From positions 1-44,877 of the forward strand of contig CAYJAG010000002.1 of the NCBI GenBank assembly GCA_964368385.1: a stretch of 44,877 nucleotides of DNA. Direction: 5' to 3'. Position 1 is the stretch's first letter; each line of letters begins with the position of its first letter. Made by a program: the position numbers and the translations under genes. This document shows positions 41,701 to 44,877 of the stretch, piece after piece. This DNA is from an uncultured Muribaculaceae bacterium. Lineage in GTDB: Bacteria > Pseudomonadota > Alphaproteobacteria > Rs-D84. Under the pieces are notes generated by a model. It was not told where the DNA came from. It searched no databases and saw only the letters and a program-made list of their open reading frames with translations.

Positions 41701-42231
41701 ATGAATTATCCGTATATGCCTAAATCCACAGCTTTGTGGCTGATAGAAAACACTTCTCTTTCTTTTGAGCAAATCGCAGATTTCTGTGGGTTGCACGAGT
41801 TAGAAGTAAAAACAATTGCTGATGCCGAGCGAAGCAAGGTTCAGGGTCTGAACCCAATCCTGCAAGGACAGCTGTCCCGCGAAGACATTGAAAAATGCGA
41901 GTATGATCTATCTGCGCGTTTGACCCTGCGTCAACAAGTTATAGATTCTCAGAAAAAACAAAATAAAAAGGGTGTTGGATATACACCCCAAATTCATCGT
42001 CAGAATCGCTCTGGCGGAATTCTTTGGGTTCTGAAAAATTATCCACAGCTGACCGATGGTCAAGTTGCGCGTTTGATGCGCAGCACAAACCCAACGGTTG
42101 CATCAATTCGTAATAAGACTCATAAAAATTATTCGAATATACAAATACAAAGCCCGATTGTTCTGGGACTGGTATCTGAAAGTGCTTTGCGTGAAGCCGT
42201 TGACAAGGCCGAAAAAGCCAAAAAAAATTAA
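41701..42231 (+). CDS. DUF1013-family protein (TrcR-like)
   Basis: MNYPYMPKSTALWLIENTSLSFEQIADFCGLHELEVKTIADAE matches the DUF1013 N-terminus as I recall it. AAAAGG lies 7 nt upstream of ATG 41701. In-frame alternatives are GTG 41653 and ATG 41662. Confidence 0.82.
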   Translation: MNYPYMPKSTALWLIENTSLSFEQIADFCGLHELEVKTIADAERSKVQGLNPILQGQLSREDIEKCEYDLSARLTLRQQVIDSQKKQNKKGVGYTPQIHRQNRSGGILWVLKNYPQLTDGQVARLMRSTNPTVASIRNKTHKNYSNIQIQSPIVLGLVSESALREAVDKAEKAKKN

Positions 42232-42309
42232 CAAAAAACAATCATAATAACCACGTATTTGGTGGTTATTTTAATTGTATATTGTAATCACAAAACAGAA
42301 GGTTTCTTC

Positions 42310-44379
42310 ATGCCAAAACCTATAGACGAAGCAACAAAATTTCTGATGGAATCATTGCCAGAAAATTTACGGCGCTTGACCGAATCCTCTTCTACAGCCG
42401 GATTTTTATCGCAGATGGATTTTGATGCTGCAATTATTGCTGATGAAATCGCAGATACCGAAAAAGAAGAAATTTTATCATTTTTTCAACAAGATTTGGG
42501 TCTGGACATTTTGGAATCTTCAGTGTTTTCGGATAATGTCAGAAATTATGACGATGCAGAAGACGAAGGGCCACGTGACAAATCACGCGATGTTTTGAAT
42601 GCCGACACCGAGCAGGTTTATGCTGGCGATGAAGATTACGCACATTATGCAAAGCAACTGGAACGCAGCACCACAGGGGGACTTACCCTGGGGGTTCAAG
42701 ATTCTGTGCAATCTTATCTGAAATCCATCGGAACAGTTCAGCTGCTGACTGCACCGGGCGAAGTTGCAATAGCACAACGTATAGAAGCTGCATCCCGCTT
42801 GATGGTTTATGGCCTGTGTGAAAGCCCTATGACTATTCGCGCCATGCTGGATTGGTATCAACAGCTGATGAACGATGAAATCAAACTGCGTTATATCGTG
42901 AACCTGGAAGTTATGTATTCATCCGATGCCGAACAGCGCAGACTGGCCGAGCTTTCTGATACCTTGAAAAGCAAGGGTATTGAAAATATAGAAGAATTAG
43001 AAGACGATGATCTGGATGATACTTTGGGCGATGTCGAGGAAGAAGAGGAAGCAGAAGCAGAAGCAGGTCAGCCCGCAAAAGATGAAGCACCGCGCAGCAG
43101 TTCTGGCGTCCCAGTTCCTATGATGGAAGAAGCCCTGATGCCAATGTTGTTAGATGTTTTTGCAAAAATCAGACGCATATTCAACAATCTTGAAAAAATG
43201 CAAAAACAGCGTATGGAAAACTTGGTAAAGTCTGCCAAAACAGACGAAGTACTGGAAAAGAAATATGCCAAGGCACGATTGGATTTGTTTGAACATGTCA
43301 GCAAAATTCGTCTGAATGAAGAGCGCAGCGGGGAAATTTTAGAAAAGTTGACTGCTCGCACGGCCCTGTTGATGGGACTAGAGGGTAAATTGATGCGTTT
43401 GGCGTTGGCGTCCAAGGTTAAGCGCGAAGATTTTATTTCAGAATACGCCGGCAATGAACTGAATAAAAATTGGGCGAAAAAGCTGATGAAAAGCAAATCG
43501 CCTGCGTGGCAGAAATTTGCAACCAAGCATGAAAAAGATATATTGAAAATCCAAGAAGAAATTCTGAAAGTTGCAATAGAAACAGGTCAGCCTACGTCGG
43601 AATACAAAAAAGTCGTTGATTTGGTTCGTCGCGGTCAGCAAGAAGCGGCGCGTGCAAAGCATGAAATGATAGAGGCTAATTTGCGTTTGGTAATCAAGTT
43701 TGCCAAGCGTTCGTCCCCGCGCGGTTTGGGACTGGACTTTTCAGACTTGGTCCAGGATGGAAACATTGGATTGATGAAGGCCGTGGATAAATTTGACTAT
43801 CGGTTGGGGAATAAGTTTTCAACCTATGCCACCAACTGGATTCAACAGGGTATTTCACGCAGTATTGCAGATCAAGCACGCACTATTCGTATCCCAGTGC
43901 ATATGATTGATAACATCCATAAAATCCAAAAAGCCAGCCGTCAATTCGTTCATAAATACGGACGCCAGCCCACAGCCGAAGAATTATCAAAAATAATTTA
44001 CTTGCCAGTTGAAAAAATACACAAGGCTTTAAAGGTTAATCTGCGTCCAGTATCATTAGAGGCACCAGTCGGCAGTGAAGATGACAGCAGCCGCATTGAA
44101 ATCATTGCAGACGAAACTGCTAAAAATCCATTTACTTCTGCGGCACAAAAGAATTTGCGTAAAATTGTTACTCAGATTTTGTCTGAACTGGATCCAAAAG
44201 AAGAAACGGTTCTGCGTCAAAGATTTGGTATGAGCACGAATAAAACCAGCACATTGGAAGAAGTCGGCGAATACATCGGTGTCACACGTGAACGCATCCG
44301 CCAGATTGAACAGAAAGCTTTGAATAAGTTAAAGCACCCTACCCGTGCCCGCAAACTCCGCAGTTTCTTGGAAGACTAA
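42310..44379 (+). CDS. rpoD: RNA polymerase primary sigma factor RpoD
   Basis: Internal ATG at 42310 (GAAGG upstream). There is an acidic insertion (EELEDDDLDDTLGDVEEEEEAEAEAG). Region 2 is DLVQDGNIGLMKAVDKFDYRLGNKFSTYATNWIQQ. Region 4 is TLEEVGEYIGVTRERIRQIEQKAL. Confidence 0.95.
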   Translation: MPKPIDEATKFLMESLPENLRRLTESSSTAGFLSQMDFDAAIIADEIADTEKEEILSFFQQDLGLDILESSVFSDNVRNYDDAEDEGPRDKSRDVLNADTEQVYAGDEDYAHYAKQLERSTTGGLTLGVQDSVQSYLKSIGTVQLLTAPGEVAIAQRIEAASRLMVYGLCESPMTIRAMLDWYQQLMNDEIKLRYIVNLEVMYSSDAEQRRLAELSDTLKSKGIENIEELEDDDLDDTLGDVEEEEEAEAEAGQPAKDEAPRSSSGVPVPMMEEALMPMLLDVFAKIRRIFNNLEKMQKQRMENLVKSAKTDEVLEKKYAKARLDLFEHVSKIRLNEERSGEILEKLTARTALLMGLEGKLMRLALASKVKREDFISEYAGNELNKNWAKKLMKSKSPAWQKFATKHEKDILKIQEEILKVAIETGQPTSEYKKVVDLVRRGQQEAARAKHEMIEANLRLVIKFAKRSSPRGLGLDFSDLVQDGNIGLMKAVDKFDYRLGNKFSTYATNWIQQGISRSIADQARTIRIPVHMIDNIHKIQKASRQFVHKYGRQPTAEELSKIIYLPVEKIHKALKVNLRPVSLEAPVGSEDDSSRIEIIADETAKNPFTSAAQKNLRKIVTQILSELDPKEETVLRQRFGMSTNKTSTLEEVGEYIGVTRERIRQIEQKALNKLKHPTRARKLRSFLED

Positions 44380-44877
44380 TGCCCATTAAAACACTTGGTA
44401 ATAAAAAGAAAATTGTAATCGCACTTGATGTGGACGATGTTATTTGCGATACCATCGGTTTTGCGAAAGAAGCGGTGGAACAAGCCGGATTAAAATGGAT
44501 TTGGCCGGAGGATTGGCATTGTTCTAACATGTCAGAAGAAGCACGCAAAGTTACTATTGATGCGTTTTTATCTATGGAAATTTTCAATACTAAATGCTGT
44601 CATCCTTTTATTCCAAAAGCAATAAACACTCTTATAAATTCAGACGACAAAAGCGTATGGTTTATAACTGCGCGCCAAACATTTGATGATGCATTGGAAA
44701 AGACCTGTGCTCAGTTGAAAAATTATGGGATTAACGCCTCGACTGATATGATTATAATAGCAAATGACAAGCATCAAGCTTTAGTTGATATTCATGCAGA
44801 TTTTTTATTTGACGACAATCCAAACAATATAGAAATCGCGAATCAAATTCCGGGTTTGACCGCTGTAATGATTTCTA
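44379..44877 (+). CDS. HAD-superfamily phosphatase, 5'(3')-deoxyribonucleotidase-like. The 3' end is beyond the window.
   Basis: My own translation from ATG 44379 (TAATG overlap with the rpoD stop) gives MPIKTLGNKKKIVIALDVDDVICDT... (DxDxV motif I) ... WFITARQ ... LFDDNPNN (motif III/IV-like). The frame is open to the window end. Confidence 0.68.
   Translation, partial: MPIKTLGNKKKIVIALDVDDVICDTIGFAKEAVEQAGLKWIWPEDWHCSNMSEEARKVTIDAFLSMEIFNTKCCHPFIPKAINTLINSDDKSVWFITARQTFDDALEKTCAQLKNYGINASTDMIIIANDKHQALVDIHADFLFDDNPNNIEIANQIPGLTAVMIS

Noticed and set aside
42039-42047. Perfect DnaA-box-like TTATCCACA.
   Set aside because: It is a single copy inside the DUF1013 coding region. There is no cluster of boxes and no AT-rich unwinding element nearby, so it is not evidence for an origin.

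Overview
This is a gene-dense, moderately AT-rich bacterial chromosome segment (composition judged by eye, not computed). It most likely comes from an alphaproteobacterium. Supporting markers are GcrA, a DUF1013/TrcR-like protein, DUF2155, AddA-type helicase-nuclease, ybgC-tolQ-tolR-tolA, and S16 with an Ala/Glu-rich tail.

Recognisable core genes are lpxA-lpxB, gcrA, ruvB, ybgC-tolQRA, an OmpR/EnvZ-type two-component pair, a GT2 glycosyltransferase, a LysM protein, a phosphofructokinase, dnaK, rsmH, kpsF, rpsP-rimM-trmD-rplS, tsaD, xseA, recN, addA (split into helicase and nuclease ORFs) and rpoD. There are five tRNAs: a minus-strand Asp-Glu-Tyr-Gly(UCC) cluster and a plus-strand Gly(CCC). 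I saw no rRNA, CRISPR array, transposase or integrase.

Visibly AT-richer orphan genes are wedged into otherwise conserved gene orders:
- a P-loop protein between ruvB and ybgC
- an 89-aa ORF between rimM and trmD
- a two-gene module after the LysM gene
- a Cys/His protein plus an APH-like kinase between tsaD and xseA

My best candidate for an undescribed system is 5655-11301. It holds a stand-alone A24 prepilin-peptidase-like gene followed by four family-less signal-peptide proteins around the tRNA cluster. One has a long glycine-zipper-like tail and one a central Gly/Ala hydrophobic segment plus coiled coil. Two share an identical extended -10 / 13-nt / GAGAGAATGAAAA start architecture. That call is inference only.

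Other points worth a second look:
- canonical -10 boxes only 6-9 nt from several start codons, suggesting leaderless mRNAs
- a terminator-like hairpin in the rpsP leader
- three 4x7-nt tandem arrays inside rsmH and trmD
- a membrane CxxC protein paired with a protein ending in vicinal cysteines
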